From contig DATGXR010000208.1 in the NCBI GenBank assembly GCA_035298825.1, forward strand, positions 22,473 through 86,472: a stretch of DNA of 64,000 bases, written 5' to 3'. Within the stretch, counting starts at the first letter, position 1, and every line of letters begins with the position of its first letter. Below, piece after piece: positions 30,967 through 41,361 of this stretch. Source of the stretch: Bacteroidota bacterium. Its GTDB lineage: Bacteria > Bacteroidota > Ignavibacteria > UBA10030 > UBA8401. Under the pieces are notes generated by a model. It made no database searches. It worked only from the letters and a program-made list of their open reading frames with translations, and was not told the origin of the DNA. The position numbers and the translations under genes were made by a program.

Positions 30967-31882
30967 ACACATAAAGCGACGGGCGCTTGAGCTTGGATTT
31001 GTGAAAGCGGGAATCGCGCGCGCCGATGCGCTCGACGCTGAACGCGCGCACCTGCGCGAATGGCTCGGCCGCGGATATCATGCGTCGATGAGGTGGATGG
31101 AGCGTCGGGTCGATGAACGCACCGATCCGCGATTGCTCGTGCCGGGCGCGAAGAGCGTGATCGTCACTGCCGATAACTATTATGCGCCCATCGAGCACAG
31201 CCAGGATGCCGATTGCGGCAAGGTCTCGCGGTATGCCTGGGGCGACGACTATCACCTGCACACGACAAAAAGAATCGAATCGCTCTTTGAGCGCATCAAA
31301 CAGATAGCACCCGAGTCCGAGGGGCGGTACTATGTGGATACCGGACCGGTGATGGAAAAAGCCTGGGCGGTTCGGGCGGGACTCGGATGGCAGGGCAGGC
31401 ACACGAATCTGATCACGCGCGAATACGGATCGTGGGTGTTTCTTGCCGTGATCATCACGACACTCGAACTCGAGTACGACGAGCAGATGGAAGATCTCTG
31501 CGGCACTTGCACGGCATGCATCGATGCATGTCCCACGGTTGCAATCACGGAGCCGTATATGGTCGATGCAACCAAATGCATTTCGTATCAGACGATCGAA
31601 CACCGGGGAGAGATCGATCCCGGCCTTGCCGAAAAATTCGGTCAGTGGGTCTACGGATGCGATATCTGCCAGGATGTGTGTCCCTGGAATCGGTTTGCAC
31701 GCGAAACCGAACGGAAAGAATTTTTTCCGCGTGAAGCGAACATCGCTCCGAATCTGGACGAGCTTGGCGCGATAACTCAGGAAGAATTCTCGCGCCGATT
31801 TTCGAAGAGCCCGATCAAGCGGACGAAAGTGGCAGGCCTTGTGCGCAACGCGCGGATTGCGAAAAAAAACAGTCATGCATAA
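30953..31882 (+). CDS. queG: epoxyqueuosine reductase QueG
   Basis: ...CGTCTACIDACPT...YGCDICQDVCPWNRFA... are the QueG ferredoxin-like clusters, on a B12-binding-like core. The start overlaps the Rieske gene by 14 nt. Confidence 0.9.
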   Translation: MTNSEHIKRRALELGFVKAGIARADALDAERAHLREWLGRGYHASMRWMERRVDERTDPRLLVPGAKSVIVTADNYYAPIEHSQDADCGKVSRYAWGDDYHLHTTKRIESLFERIKQIAPESEGRYYVDTGPVMEKAWAVRAGLGWQGRHTNLITREYGSWVFLAVIITTLELEYDEQMEDLCGTCTACIDACPTVAITEPYMVDATKCISYQTIEHRGEIDPGLAEKFGQWVYGCDICQDVCPWNRFARETERKEFFPREANIAPNLDELGAITQEEFSRRFSKSPIKRTKVAGLVRNARIAKKNSHA

Positions 31883-31907
31883 ATCAATCACTCCATTAAG
31901 GGAAACC

Positions 31908-32852
31908 ATGGAATCAAATCATCGAAATGTCATCATCATCGGCTCCGGACCGGCGGGACTCACGGCTGGCATCTATACGGGACGCGCAAATCTCTCTCCG
32001 ATCATCTTTGAAGGCATGCAGCCGGGAGGGCAGCTCACGATCACCACGGAAGTCGAGAACTATCCCGGTTTTCCGAACGGCATCATGGGTCCCGAGATGA
32101 TGGAAGTGATGCGGGCGCAGGCGCTGAAGTTCGGAGCCGAATCGTTCTTCAAGGAAGTCACCTCCGTCGATTTCTCGTCCCGGCCCTTCAAGGTTATCGC
32201 CGACGACGAGCAGTATACGGCATCGGCCGTGATCGTTGCCACGGGCGCCTCGGCAAAGCTGCTCAACATCGGATCGGAAGCTGAATATATGGGATACGGT
32301 GTGAGCGCATGCGCCACCTGCGACGGATTTTTTTATCGCGGCAAGGAAGTGTATGTGGTGGGCGGAGGAGACACGGCGCTTGAAGAGGCCACATTCCTCA
32401 CACGCTTCGCCTCAAAGGTTACGATCGTGCACAGACGCGATGAGTTCCGCGGATCGAAGATCATGCAGGAACGCGCCCTGAAGAATCCGAAGGTGAGCGT
32501 CATTTGGGATACTGTCGTCGACGAGGTGCTGGGAAAGAACGAGGAGGGTCGGAAATTCGTGACCGGACTGAAATTGAAGAACGTGAAGACCGGTGCAATA
32601 ACGGACGTTCAGACAGACGGCCTCTTCGTGGCGATCGGGCATCAGCCGAACACGAAGCTCTTCCGCGGCGTCCTGGACATGGACGACAAGGAATACCTGA
32701 TCGTGAAGCCCGGATCGACGCGCACGAACATCGATGGCGTCTTCGCCGCCGGCGATGTGGCGGATTCCTATTACAGACAGGCCGTTACCGCGGCCGGGTC
32801 GGGGTGTATGGCGGCGATCGACGCGGAGCGATATTTGGAAACGCTTGATTAA
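31908..32852 (+). CDS. trxB: thioredoxin-disulfide reductase
   Basis: ...VIIIGSGPAGLTAGIY...ACATCDGFFYRGKEVYVVGGGDTALEEATFL...FAAGDVAD.... The CATC redox centre confirms it. Start at ATG 31908, which has an AAGGGA Shine-Dalgarno; the ORF track starts at 31839. Confidence 0.9.
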   Translation: MESNHRNVIIIGSGPAGLTAGIYTGRANLSPIIFEGMQPGGQLTITTEVENYPGFPNGIMGPEMMEVMRAQALKFGAESFFKEVTSVDFSSRPFKVIADDEQYTASAVIVATGASAKLLNIGSEAEYMGYGVSACATCDGFFYRGKEVYVVGGGDTALEEATFLTRFASKVTIVHRRDEFRGSKIMQERALKNPKVSVIWDTVVDEVLGKNEEGRKFVTGLKLKNVKTGAITDVQTDGLFVAIGHQPNTKLFRGVLDMDDKEYLIVKPGSTRTNIDGVFAAGDVADSYYRQAVTAAGSGCMAAIDAERYLETLD

Positions 32853-32894
32853 CGCGTATATCTGTTATTGCAATCTGCTGAATTGTTCAATTGA

Positions 32895-32927
32895 GGCTCT
32901 CTGCTTGTTCGCAGAGGGCCTTTTTTT
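32895..32927 (+). terminator. rho-independent terminator after trxB
   Basis: GGCTCTCTGC-ttgttc-GCAGAGGGCC (10-bp stem) followed by TTTTTTT. Confidence 0.7.
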
Positions 32928-33066
32928 ATTGCAAAATTGTCACACCGCATTGCCAATTTTTCAGCAAAGACGATGCATTCTGGCAGGGACCGTGACAAAT
33001 TGACGAGCGCAATGCAACGGTCGGAATCAACAATCGAAAAATTTTATAAATTCGGGGAATTTAAAG

Positions 33067-33093
33067 TTGGCACGCCTTTTGAAAAACTATATC
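33067..33093 (+). promoter_or_regulatory. candidate promoter for the Hsp20 operon: sigma-54-like -24/-12 element (TGGCACG-N4-TTGA) or alternatively a weak sigma-70-like TTGGCA-N15-TATATC
   Basis: TTGGCACGCCTTTTGAAAAACTATATC lies about 60 nt upstream of the first hsp20 start. It matches the TGGCAC-N5-TTGC consensus except that the -12 GC is GA. Confidence 0.3.
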
Positions 33094-33144
33094 ACGTAAC
33101 CGACACAGCAAATACACAACTTAAAAAATTAAAAGGAGTTTGCC

Positions 33145-33579
33145 ATGCTTGTACGATTTGAATCGACGCCGATCACAGTTTCCCCACTCGAAGTGTTGTT
33201 CGACAGAAGCCGAATGCTGCCGGATATGCTCTGGCGTGGATTTGCCCCGCAGACAGAAGCATACCCGTACGTGAACATCGCCGATATCAAGGACACGCTT
33301 CATGTGGTGGCCGAAGTTCCCGGCGTGCCGAAGAACGAAATTAAAATCCATCTGCAAGACGACCTGCTCACGATCAGCGGCGAGCGGAAGATACCGGAAC
33401 AGAAGGAGGGAGGCGCATACGTGCGGCAGGAAATCCAGTATGGGCCGTTTGAGCGGACGTTCAAGCTTCCGTACGAGGTCGATGCATCGCGCGTGAGTGC
33501 GGAATACACCGACGGAATTTTACGCATACAGCTTCCGAAAACTGAAGCTGCGAAACCCAAGGCAATTGTCATCCAGTAA
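33145..33579 (+). CDS. Hsp20/alpha-crystallin family small heat-shock protein (copy 1)
   Basis: ACD pattern ...VAEVPGVPKNEIKIHLQDDLLTISGERK...FERTFKLPYEVDASRVSAEYTDGILRIQLPK, with a strong Shine-Dalgarno (AAAAGGAG). Confidence 0.9.
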   Translation: MLVRFESTPITVSPLEVLFDRSRMLPDMLWRGFAPQTEAYPYVNIADIKDTLHVVAEVPGVPKNEIKIHLQDDLLTISGERKIPEQKEGGAYVRQEIQYGPFERTFKLPYEVDASRVSAEYTDGILRIQLPKTEAAKPKAIVIQ

Positions 33580-33598
33580 GTGAAAGGAGAGAACTCGT

Positions 33599-33952
33599 AT
33601 GGAGAACAATCAGACACGGCCTGCAGTGCGGCGGATCGCGCCGTCGGCCGATATCCAGGAACTTCCACAGTCATATGTCGTCCGTTTGGACATGCCAGGC
33701 GCAGCGAAAGACAAGATCAAGGCGCAGATTGAAGAGGGCGTGCTGACAGTTGAAGTGACAGTCAGCGCCTATTTCGAAAAAGATGCGACGCTGTTGCTCG
33801 ATGATTCGCTCCCGATCGAATATCACAGGAAGTTTTCGCTCGCCGAGGATGTGGACCAGCAGGCCATCGATGCGGCGTATGAACTGGGCGTGCTCACAAT
33901 CACGCTGAATAAGAAACAGCATTTTTTACCGCGTTCAATTTCAATACAATAA
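33599..33952 (+). CDS. divergent Hsp20-like alpha-crystallin-domain protein (copy 2)
   Basis: ...YVVRLDMPGAAKDKIKAQIEEGVLTVEV...RKFSLAEDVDQQAIDAAYELGVLTITLNK, Shine-Dalgarno GAAAGGAG. Confidence 0.75.
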   Translation: MENNQTRPAVRRIAPSADIQELPQSYVVRLDMPGAAKDKIKAQIEEGVLTVEVTVSAYFEKDATLLLDDSLPIEYHRKFSLAEDVDQQAIDAAYELGVLTITLNKKQHFLPRSISIQ

Positions 33953-33984
33953 TTCACAGACCAATTCATTACAAGGAGGATCGT

Positions 33985-34476
33985 ATGGCACTCATGAAAA
34001 GAAATCCGGCTGGTGAGCTGGATGTGTGGAACCGCGACTTTCCTGTCGCGCGCAGTCTTCATTCGTTCCAGCGCGAAATGAATCGCATGCTCGATAATTT
34101 CTTCCACGGCGATGTGTTCGATGAAGGACGCTTCGGCGGTTCGGAAGCGTTCGCGCCCATGGTTGATGTGTCCGAAACGAAGGATACGTATGTGATCAAG
34201 GCGGAGCTTCCCGGTTTGAAGAAGGAAGATGTGAAGGTGACGATGAACAACAACATCGTGACAATCGCAGGCGAGAAGAAGATCGAGGAGGAAAAGAGGG
34301 AGGGCAACTTCTATCGCATGGAGCGTTCGTTCGGATCGTTCGAACGGTCGATTGCAATACCGGGACCGATCAAAGCCGACGCAATCGAATGCAAATATGC
34401 CGACGGACTGCTGACCCTTTCGCTTCCTAAGACTGAAGAAGCCAAGCAGAAGGTGATTGATGTGAAGGTGAAATAA
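33985..34476 (+). CDS. Hsp20/alpha-crystallin family small heat-shock protein (copy 3)
   Basis: ...YVIKAELPGLKKEDVKVTMNNNIVTIAGEKK...FERSIAIPGPIKADAIECKYADGLLTLSLPK, Shine-Dalgarno CAAGGAGG. Confidence 0.9.
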   Translation: MALMKRNPAGELDVWNRDFPVARSLHSFQREMNRMLDNFFHGDVFDEGRFGGSEAFAPMVDVSETKDTYVIKAELPGLKKEDVKVTMNNNIVTIAGEKKIEEEKREGNFYRMERSFGSFERSIAIPGPIKADAIECKYADGLLTLSLPKTEEAKQKVIDVKVK

Positions 34477-34555
34477 ACATTAACACAACGATCACCTGAC
34501 GATCATACACTCGATGCGGAGAATACCCTTGCTGATCAAACGGCAGGGGCAAGCG

Positions 34556-34586
34556 GGGAGAACAACCTCGTCGTTCACACGGCGAG
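34556..34586 (+). terminator. strong rho-independent terminator after the hsp20 cluster
   Basis: CCTCGTCG-ttcacac-GGCGAGG (7-bp stem) followed by T9. Confidence 0.8.
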
Positions 34587-34594
34587 GTTTTTTT

Positions 34595-34984
34595 TTACCC
34601 CACGTGCGCTGCGGCCTCGAGAGGCGCGGTTGATTCAATCGACGCTGCGTGTTCGTCAGTGAAGCGGGCGGTAATATTCGTTCGGAATCTTGCATTGACA
34701 TCTCTGAGCGATCGCATCACCTGGAATCGTGATGTCCGTGAGGCAGCGGCTGTCGTGACGATCACGATTGTCAGGTAGGAATTAGGAACAAGATTATCCC
34801 GGAGTTGAACGGACCAACCAACAATTGCATCGACGCTCCGGAAATCGTCCAGCACACTGTGGATATAGTCGAGCGCCTTGCTTTCTCGCCATGCAACATC
34901 CATCTCGTGCAGCGGCCTGATCAATCCGGATGCGGCGGCCTTCGATCGCAGGGATCCGACCCATTGTGTCAACATCGCATACAT
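34595..34984 (-). CDS. hypothetical protein (129 aa)
   Basis: ORF downstream of kdpE. The C-terminal third is low-complexity, and I recognise no family. Confidence 0.3.
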   Translation of the reverse strand: MYAMLTQWVGSLRSKAAASGLIRPLHEMDVAWRESKALDYIHSVLDDFRSVDAIVGWSVQLRDNLVPNSYLTIVIVTTAAASRTSRFQVMRSLRDVNARFRTNITARFTDEHAASIESTAPLEAAAHVG

Positions 34985-35226
34985 TGTCGTCTCGGTAAAT
35001 ACTCATCATGGTGATTGTGTGTATGCAATGTGACGATTGAAGACGGGAATGTAAATTCAGGAACTATCAAATGATCGGTCTAAAGTATTAAAAAAAGATA
35101 AAGAACCACGGAGATTGAGAAGGGGACACTACTCATGAAAGAAGAAAACACAATTCATGGGATCCGGCACGGCAAGCGCCGAAGGATGCGCACACTCGGC
35201 GCCCTGATGTGTACAGGCGTTGTTCT

Positions 35227-35916
35227 TTATGATGCGGATGCGAATCTATATCCGATTCTCGATTCCGTGACGATGCGCCGGGGAAGAGCCGGATCGGCTT
35301 CGATTTTTTTACGGAGCTGGGCGATGTAGACACGCAGATACTGCCGCTCTTCGTCGAATGCAGGGCCCCAGATTTTCTGAAGAATAAAATTATGCGTGAG
35401 CACTCGCCCGGCGTTCTGCACGAACAGCGCAAGAATCGAATATTCGGTCGATGTGAGTTTCACCGGCTCGCCGCTGAGCGTGACGGTTCGCGACGAGAGG
35501 TCGATGTGAAGATCGCCGAATGTGTATACGGGTTCGACGTGAGGGGATTGATTGTGACGCATTGCCATGCGCAGCCGGGCAAGCAGCTCTCCGGTCCTGA
35601 ACGGTTTCACGAGATAATCGTCGGCGCCGGCATCGATGCAGGCGATGATGCCGTCCTCGGCGTTCCGCGCAGAGAGGATCACGACCGGAATCGTCGACCA
35701 TTCGCGCAGCTGCTTCAGCACGTCGCACCCTTCGATGTCGGGCAGTCCCAGATCGAGAATGATGAGATCGGGCATCTGCATCGATGCCTGCGTCAATCCG
35801 TCTTTCCCCGTTTCGGCGAGGACCACGCGATATCCGTTCGATTCGAGTGTCATTTGCAGCAGACGGCGAATCTGTTGTTCGTCGTCGACGACCAATATCA
35901 ATGGCTCCGTGCTCAT
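35227..35916 (-). CDS. kdpE: KDP operon response regulator KdpE (OmpR family)
   Basis: LILVVDDEQQIRRLL...LIILDLGLPD...YLVKPF..., with a winged-helix C-terminus ...RVYIAQLRKKIE...IVTESRIGYRF. Confidence 0.9.
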   Translation of the reverse strand: MSTEPLILVVDDEQQIRRLLQMTLESNGYRVVLAETGKDGLTQASMQMPDLIILDLGLPDIEGCDVLKQLREWSTIPVVILSARNAEDGIIACIDAGADDYLVKPFRTGELLARLRMAMRHNQSPHVEPVYTFGDLHIDLSSRTVTLSGEPVKLTSTEYSILALFVQNAGRVLTHNFILQKIWGPAFDEERQYLRVYIAQLRKKIEADPALPRRIVTESRIGYRFASAS

Positions 35917-38603
35917 GGCGTCCGTTCCCGGTCTGATTGTTGTTGGATGATCGACGGGATTCGAATCGTGAATGAGGCGCCCGACGGACTGAGATTGGCC
36001 GCTTCGATGGTTCCCTTGTGCGCCTCGATGAATCCCTTTGCAATCGAGAGTCCGAGTCCCGTGCCCCCGGTCTTCGTTCCCGGAATCCGATAGAATTTTT
36101 CGAACAGGAGAGGGATCGATGCGACGGGGAAGCCCGGACCGTTGTCTGCCACGACAAATTCAAGATCGTTCGAGTCGATGCATGCGTTGATCGTGATGCG
36201 GGAACCCGCGGGCGTATACACCGAGGCGTTGAACAACAGGTTGATGAGCACCTGTTCGATCAATCCGGAATCGAGCTTCACCAGTGGCAGTGTCTGCGGG
36301 ATCGAGACTTCCACACGATGGCGGGACAATTCAGTGGACAGACGAGCAAGGGCCGTATTCACAACATCGTGGATGTCGCACCAATCAATGTTCGGACGGA
36401 TGAGCCCCGATTCGATCCGCGTCATATCAAGAAGATTCTCCGCAATGCGATTCAGCCGTTCGGCGGCCAAATGGATTTCACCGGAGAGTTCCCTGCGCGT
36501 CATCTCATCGGCGGCGAGCTTTTCGTTCTGAAGATTTTCCGCCGCCGTCATGATGGACGTGATCGGCGTGCGGAGTTCGTGCGAGATCGAGTTGAATAAC
36601 GTCTTGTATAATTTTTGCGACTCCTCGACAGCGATCGACTCCTTCGCCATTTCGTTGAGGAACTCCCGTTCCATCGCGGAGGCAATCTGGCGGATGAAAT
36701 TATCGAGAAACACCTCCTGGTCGATCGACAGTTTGATTTCCTTATCCATTCTCACGCCGATGACGCCGAGCGGATAGCGCGGACCCGACAGCGGGAAGTA
36801 CGTTGCCTGGGCGAAGGGGAGCGTCTCGGTTCCCGCGCCCGCTTTCTTTTCGTTCCAGTACGTCCAGGCCGCCACGCTGAATTCCTTCTGGTCGATCGCG
36901 AATGTGCTTGCGATGTGCGGTGTCGGCGAGATTTCACCGTCCGCATCGCTCAAAAATGCGATCACATCGGCCGAAAAATACTTCTTCACATTCACGATCG
37001 ACACACGCATCACTTCGTCGCGCGTCTGTGCGGCTGCCAGTTCTTTCGTCAGTCCGTACAACGCGATCGCGCGATCTTCGCGCTGCCTGACTGCTTTCTC
37101 CTGCGCGCGGATGCGTGTCGACAACACACTCGTCACGGTGGCGACGCTGAAATAAGTGAGCAGCATCAGTCTGTCTTCAAGCAGCGCGATCCACATGGTA
37201 TATTTCGGAGGGATGAAGAAAAAATCCCAGCACAGCGCGCTCAGGAGCGCCGCGGTGATCACGGGTCCCGAACTGAACATCAACGGCATGGCCGAGACTG
37301 TCAGGAGGAGCACCATGGCGATGCCGTGGTATGACACTCCGCCCAGGAAGACGGCACAGAACGTCACGACTGCGATGATGATCCCGGCGGCAAGCGCATA
37401 CTGTCCGATGCCCGAGTGTGTTTCGGGAATCGAAAATAATCGCATGGGACGCGCTGACTGCGTGTCGGCGCCGACTACGTAGATGTCGATTCCTCCGCTG
37501 TGCGCGATGAGATCGTCGAGAAGATTTTTCTTCCACAAAAATCTTCGTCCGCCCGATTTGCCGATAATCAATTGCGAAATGTTGTGCTGCCGCGCGACTC
37601 GCAACAACGCGCTCACGATATTTTCATCCGATGTGGAAATGACTTCCGCTCCGAGCTCACGCGCCAATTTGATATTCCTGGCGAGCTGATCGCGCGATGC
37701 GCCGTCCAGTGCCGCCGACGTTTCGACATAGACCACAATCCACGATGCCCCCATCGAATACGACATGCGGCGGGCCCAACGAATGAGCTCTTCAGAGTGG
37801 GGATTGCTGCTGATTGCGACCATGAGACGCTGCCCCGATTTCCAGGGACCCGCGATCTGTTCGGTCTGCATATAATCGCGCAGCTGCTGGTCAACGCGTT
37901 CGGCCGTGAGACGCAGCGCCATCTCGCGCAGTGCGGTGAGATTGCCCTTGCGGAAAAAATTCTGCACGGCCGCCTGAGATCGGTCCGACGTATAGACTTT
38001 CCCTTCAGCGAGGCGCTTCAACAATTCCTCGGGCGAAATGTCGATCAACTCCACCTCATCCGCCATTTCGACGATCGAGTCCGGAACCGTCTCGCGAATT
38101 GCCGTACCCGTGATCTGTGCAACCGTGTCGGCGCGGCTCTCCAGATGCTGTATGTTGAGCGCCGTGTAAACGTCGATGCCGTTGTCGAGCAGCTCGATGA
38201 CGTCGTTATACCGCTTTGTGTGGCGGCTTCCCGGAGCGTTCGTGTGGGCGAGTTCGTCGACAAGCACGACAGTCGGCCGGCGCGCAATGATCGCATCAAG
38301 ATCCATCTCCTCGAGCGGCGCGCCGCGGTACTCCTGACGCTTGCGCGGGATGAGAGGAAGGCCGGTGGCAAGGGCCTCCGTTTCGCGGCGGCCATGCGTC
38401 TCGACATACCCGATGACGACATCGATCTGCTTATTCACGAGCTCATGCGCCGCTTTGAGCATTTCGTACGTCTTGCCCGTTCCGGCGCACATGCCGAGAA
38501 AGATCTTCAGCTTGCCCTTCCGCTCTTTCTCCGCCTCGCGATTGATGCGTTGAAGCAGGGCGTCGGGATCGGGACGTTCATGATCTGAGTGTGCGATGTT
38601 CAT
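35913..38603 (-). CDS. kdpD: sensor histidine kinase KdpD (KdpD N-terminal P-loop domain, Usp-like, 4 TM, GAF, HisKA/HATPase)
   Basis: ...GKLKIFLGMCAGTGKTYEML..., the H-box ...SHELRTPITSI... and ATPase motifs ...DNGPGFP...GTGLGLSIAKGFIEAHKG.... Overlaps kdpE by 4 nt. Confidence 0.95.
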   Translation of the reverse strand: MNIAHSDHERPDPDALLQRINREAEKERKGKLKIFLGMCAGTGKTYEMLKAAHELVNKQIDVVIGYVETHGRRETEALATGLPLIPRKRQEYRGAPLEEMDLDAIIARRPTVVLVDELAHTNAPGSRHTKRYNDVIELLDNGIDVYTALNIQHLESRADTVAQITGTAIRETVPDSIVEMADEVELIDISPEELLKRLAEGKVYTSDRSQAAVQNFFRKGNLTALREMALRLTAERVDQQLRDYMQTEQIAGPWKSGQRLMVAISSNPHSEELIRWARRMSYSMGASWIVVYVETSAALDGASRDQLARNIKLARELGAEVISTSDENIVSALLRVARQHNISQLIIGKSGGRRFLWKKNLLDDLIAHSGGIDIYVVGADTQSARPMRLFSIPETHSGIGQYALAAGIIIAVVTFCAVFLGGVSYHGIAMVLLLTVSAMPLMFSSGPVITAALLSALCWDFFFIPPKYTMWIALLEDRLMLLTYFSVATVTSVLSTRIRAQEKAVRQREDRAIALYGLTKELAAAQTRDEVMRVSIVNVKKYFSADVIAFLSDADGEISPTPHIASTFAIDQKEFSVAAWTYWNEKKAGAGTETLPFAQATYFPLSGPRYPLGVIGVRMDKEIKLSIDQEVFLDNFIRQIASAMEREFLNEMAKESIAVEESQKLYKTLFNSISHELRTPITSIMTAAENLQNEKLAADEMTRRELSGEIHLAAERLNRIAENLLDMTRIESGLIRPNIDWCDIHDVVNTALARLSTELSRHRVEVSIPQTLPLVKLDSGLIEQVLINLLFNASVYTPAGSRITINACIDSNDLEFVVADNGPGFPVASIPLLFEKFYRIPGTKTGGTGLGLSIAKGFIEAHKGTIEAANLSPSGASFTIRIPSIIQQQSDRERTP

Positions 38604-38650
38604 AGACTATCGGCTGATTTGGTACATTGTCATAAAAATCTGTTCCAATA

Positions 38651-39250
38651 TCAAGGGCGCCGTGAGGCGGCGAATCCTTTTTCCATATCGATCGCAAGAT
38701 TCAATTGAAGCACGTTCACGCGCGCCTGACCAAGGAATCCGAACTGCGGCGGTTCGATGTGACTGCGCACCAGGAGCTCGAGTGATCTTCTCTGCAGCGA
38801 ATCGAATCCGCGCGCCTTTGCCACTCGGTCAACCTGCAGCAATGCCGCGTCTGGACTGATATGCGGATCGAGCCCGCTCGCGGATGCGCTGATCATCTCA
38901 AGGGGCACGGAAGTGCCGGGACCGATTCCATTTTCAGTCGTAAACCGTTTTCTTCGCGCTGCCATGGAATCCTGCAGAGTTTGATTCGTGGGCGAGGCAT
39001 TCGAAGCTCCGGATGGCAGCGTGGTATATGCCGCGGCCGAGGGACGATTGTGAAAATAAACGGATGAATCGGTCAGCTGGCCGATCAGCCCGGAGCCTAC
39101 CGTTGTGCCATGCCGCTCGATGAGACTGCCGCCTGCTTTGCTTGGGAAGACGGCCGATGCGAAGAGTGTCATCATGAGGGGATAGAGGAATCCGGTCATG
39201 AGTGTCAGCACACAGAGAAGCCTGATTGCAATTGCGATGTTCTGTTTCAT
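38651..39250 (-). CDS. kdpC: K+-transporting ATPase subunit KdpC
   Basis: [25 protein letters not shown]...[18 protein letters not shown]... are KdpC hallmarks. Confidence 0.9.
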   Translation of the reverse strand: MKQNIAIAIRLLCVLTLMTGFLYPLMMTLFASAVFPSKAGGSLIERHGTTVGSGLIGQLTDSSVYFHNRPSAAAYTTLPSGASNASPTNQTLQDSMAARRKRFTTENGIGPGTSVPLEMISASASGLDPHISPDAALLQVDRVAKARGFDSLQRRSLELLVRSHIEPPQFGFLGQARVNVLQLNLAIDMEKGFAASRRP

Positions 39251-41361
39251 ATGAGTCCCAGGAATGCAACGATGATGTCGATGATCTTGATGCCGATGAA
39301 AGGAATAATAATGCCGCCTGCTCCGTAGATCAGAAGATTTCGGCGCAGCACGATTGTGGCGCCTTCCGGACGATATTTCACGCCGCGCAACGCAAGCGGG
39401 ATAAGCGCGATGATGACAAGTGCGTTGAAGATGACCGCGCTCAGGATCGCGCTTTCGGGCGACGCGAGGTGCATGATATTCAGCGCGGCGAGCGGTCCAG
39501 CGCCAGGTGCGGCGGCATAGAGCGATCCGGCCAGAGCGGGAATGATCGCGAAATATTTTGCGACGTCATTGGCGATGCTGAACGTCGTGAGCGATCCGCG
39601 CGTCATGAGGAGTTTCTTTCCGGTTTCAACAACTTCGATCAGCTTCGTGGGATTGCTGTCGAGATCGACCATGTTCCCGGCCTCACGCGCCGCCTGTGTG
39701 CCCGAATTCATGGCGATGCCGACGTCGGCTTGCGCGAGCGCCGGAGCGTCGTTCGTTCCGTCGCCGATCATTCCGACGAGTCTGCCCTGCGACTGCTCCT
39801 CGCGAATCCGGTTCAGCTTGTCTTCGGGTTTCGCTTCAGCGATGAAGTCGTCGACACCGGCCTCCGCTGCGATCGCGGCGGCGGTCAGAGGATTATCGCC
39901 GGTGATCATGATCGTGCGAATTCCCATGGCGCGCAGCTGACTGAAGCGTTCCTTGATGCCGCCCTTGACAATATCCTTTAATTCGATCACTCCAAGCACA
40001 TCGGTGTTCTCGCAGACGACGAGCGGTGTGGACCCTTTGCGCGCAATCTCGTCAACTGCCGTGAGCACTTCCTTCGGGAATGCTGAGCCCTGCAGCGTTA
40101 CCAGTTTCCTGATCGCCTCAGACGAGCCCTTGCGAATGATGCGTTGCGGCTGGTCCTCGACGCAAGGGATATCCACGCCGCTGATGCTTGTCTGCGCGGA
40201 AAATTGAATGAACTGTCCGGCGATCTCGGATACATGGCGTCCGCGCAGGCCGTATTTTTCTTTCGCCAACACGACGATCGAACGTCCTTCCGGCGTCTCA
40301 TCGGCGAGAGAGGAGAGCTGAGCCGCGTCGGCCAACCGCTCATGCGAGATGCCGGGCGCCGGAATGAATTCAGTCGCCATCCTGTTGCCGAGTGTGATCG
40401 TGCCTGTCTTGTCAAGCAACAGTACATCGACGTCGCCGGCCGCTTCGGCTGCGCGGCCACTCGTTGCGATCACATTCTGACGGATGAGCCGGTCCATGCC
40501 GCTGATGCCGATCGCGCTCAGCAATCCGCCGATCGTTGTCGGGATGAGGCACACGAGCAGCGCCACAAGCACGGGGACGGTCATGAAATCCGTTCCCGGA
40601 AACGGGGATGCGCTCCTGGCATAGTTAACGAATGATGGCAGCGATCCCACCGCGAACAGGAAGATGATTGTGAATGCCGACAGCAGAATCGTCAGTGCGA
40701 TCTCGTTCGGTGTTTTCTGCCGCTTCGATCCCTCGACGAGCGAGATGATCCGGTCGAGGAATGAACTGCCGGGTTCCGACACGACGCGGATAACGATGCG
40801 GTCGCTCAGCACTTTCGTGCCGCCAGTGACGGCGCTTCTGTTGTCGCCGCTTTCGCGTATCACGGGCGCCGATTCGCCGGTGATGGCAGACTCGTCGACA
40901 CTCGCGATGCCTTCGATGATGATGCCGTCGGCGGGAATGAGATCGCCGGTTTCGCAGACGACTGTATCGCCTTTTTTCAGGAGCGTTGCGGAGACTGTTT
41001 GTTCCGTCGTTCCGTCAAGCTTGCGTGCCGTGAGCATCGACCGGTTCTTCCTGAGCGATTCGGCCTGGGCCTTGCCTCGGCCTTCGGCGATCGCCTCGGC
41101 GAAATTGGCAAAGAGCACAGTGAACCACAGCCATGCCATGACCTGGATGTTGAAGGCGGAGACGACGCCGGCTGCAATTTCGGCGCACACAATGTATGTC
41201 GTCATGAGCGAGCCGATCGCGACGATGAACATCACCGGATTTTTGGCGAGTACCTTCGGATTGAATTTCCTGAACGAGTCGATGAGCGCCTGTATGGCGA
41301 TCTCGCGCGTCATAAACGATAATGCAGTGCGGTTTGATCGCATGTTCATTTGTGAGTTCAT
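39247..41361 (-). CDS. kdpB: K+-transporting P-type ATPase subunit KdpB
   Basis: [10 protein letters not shown] phosphorylation motif, TGES, and [19 protein letters not shown]. Confidence 0.95.
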   Translation of the reverse strand: MNSQMNMRSNRTALSFMTREIAIQALIDSFRKFNPKVLAKNPVMFIVAIGSLMTTYIVCAEIAAGVVSAFNIQVMAWLWFTVLFANFAEAIAEGRGKAQAESLRKNRSMLTARKLDGTTEQTVSATLLKKGDTVVCETGDLIPADGIIIEGIASVDESAITGESAPVIRESGDNRSAVTGGTKVLSDRIVIRVVSEPGSSFLDRIISLVEGSKRQKTPNEIALTILLSAFTIIFLFAVGSLPSFVNYARSASPFPGTDFMTVPVLVALLVCLIPTTIGGLLSAIGISGMDRLIRQNVIATSGRAAEAAGDVDVLLLDKTGTITLGNRMATEFIPAPGISHERLADAAQLSSLADETPEGRSIVVLAKEKYGLRGRHVSEIAGQFIQFSAQTSISGVDIPCVEDQPQRIIRKGSSEAIRKLVTLQGSAFPKEVLTAVDEIARKGSTPLVVCENTDVLGVIELKDIVKGGIKERFSQLRAMGIRTIMITGDNPLTAAAIAAEAGVDDFIAEAKPEDKLNRIREEQSQGRLVGMIGDGTNDAPALAQADVGIAMNSGTQAAREAGNMVDLDSNPTKLIEVVETGKKLLMTRGSLTTFSIANDVAKYFAIIPALAGSLYAAAPGAGPLAALNIMHLASPESAILSAVIFNALVIIALIPLALRGVKYRPEGATIVLRRNLLIYGAGGIIIPFIGIKIIDIIVAFLGLI

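Noticed and set aside
33079-33093. Possible CIRCE/HAIR heat-shock operator upstream of hsp20
   Set aside because: No TTAGCACTC-N9-GAGTGCTAA or CTTGAGT-N7-ACTCAAG-like element found by eye. Only the sigma-54-like or weak sigma-70-like promoter is reported.
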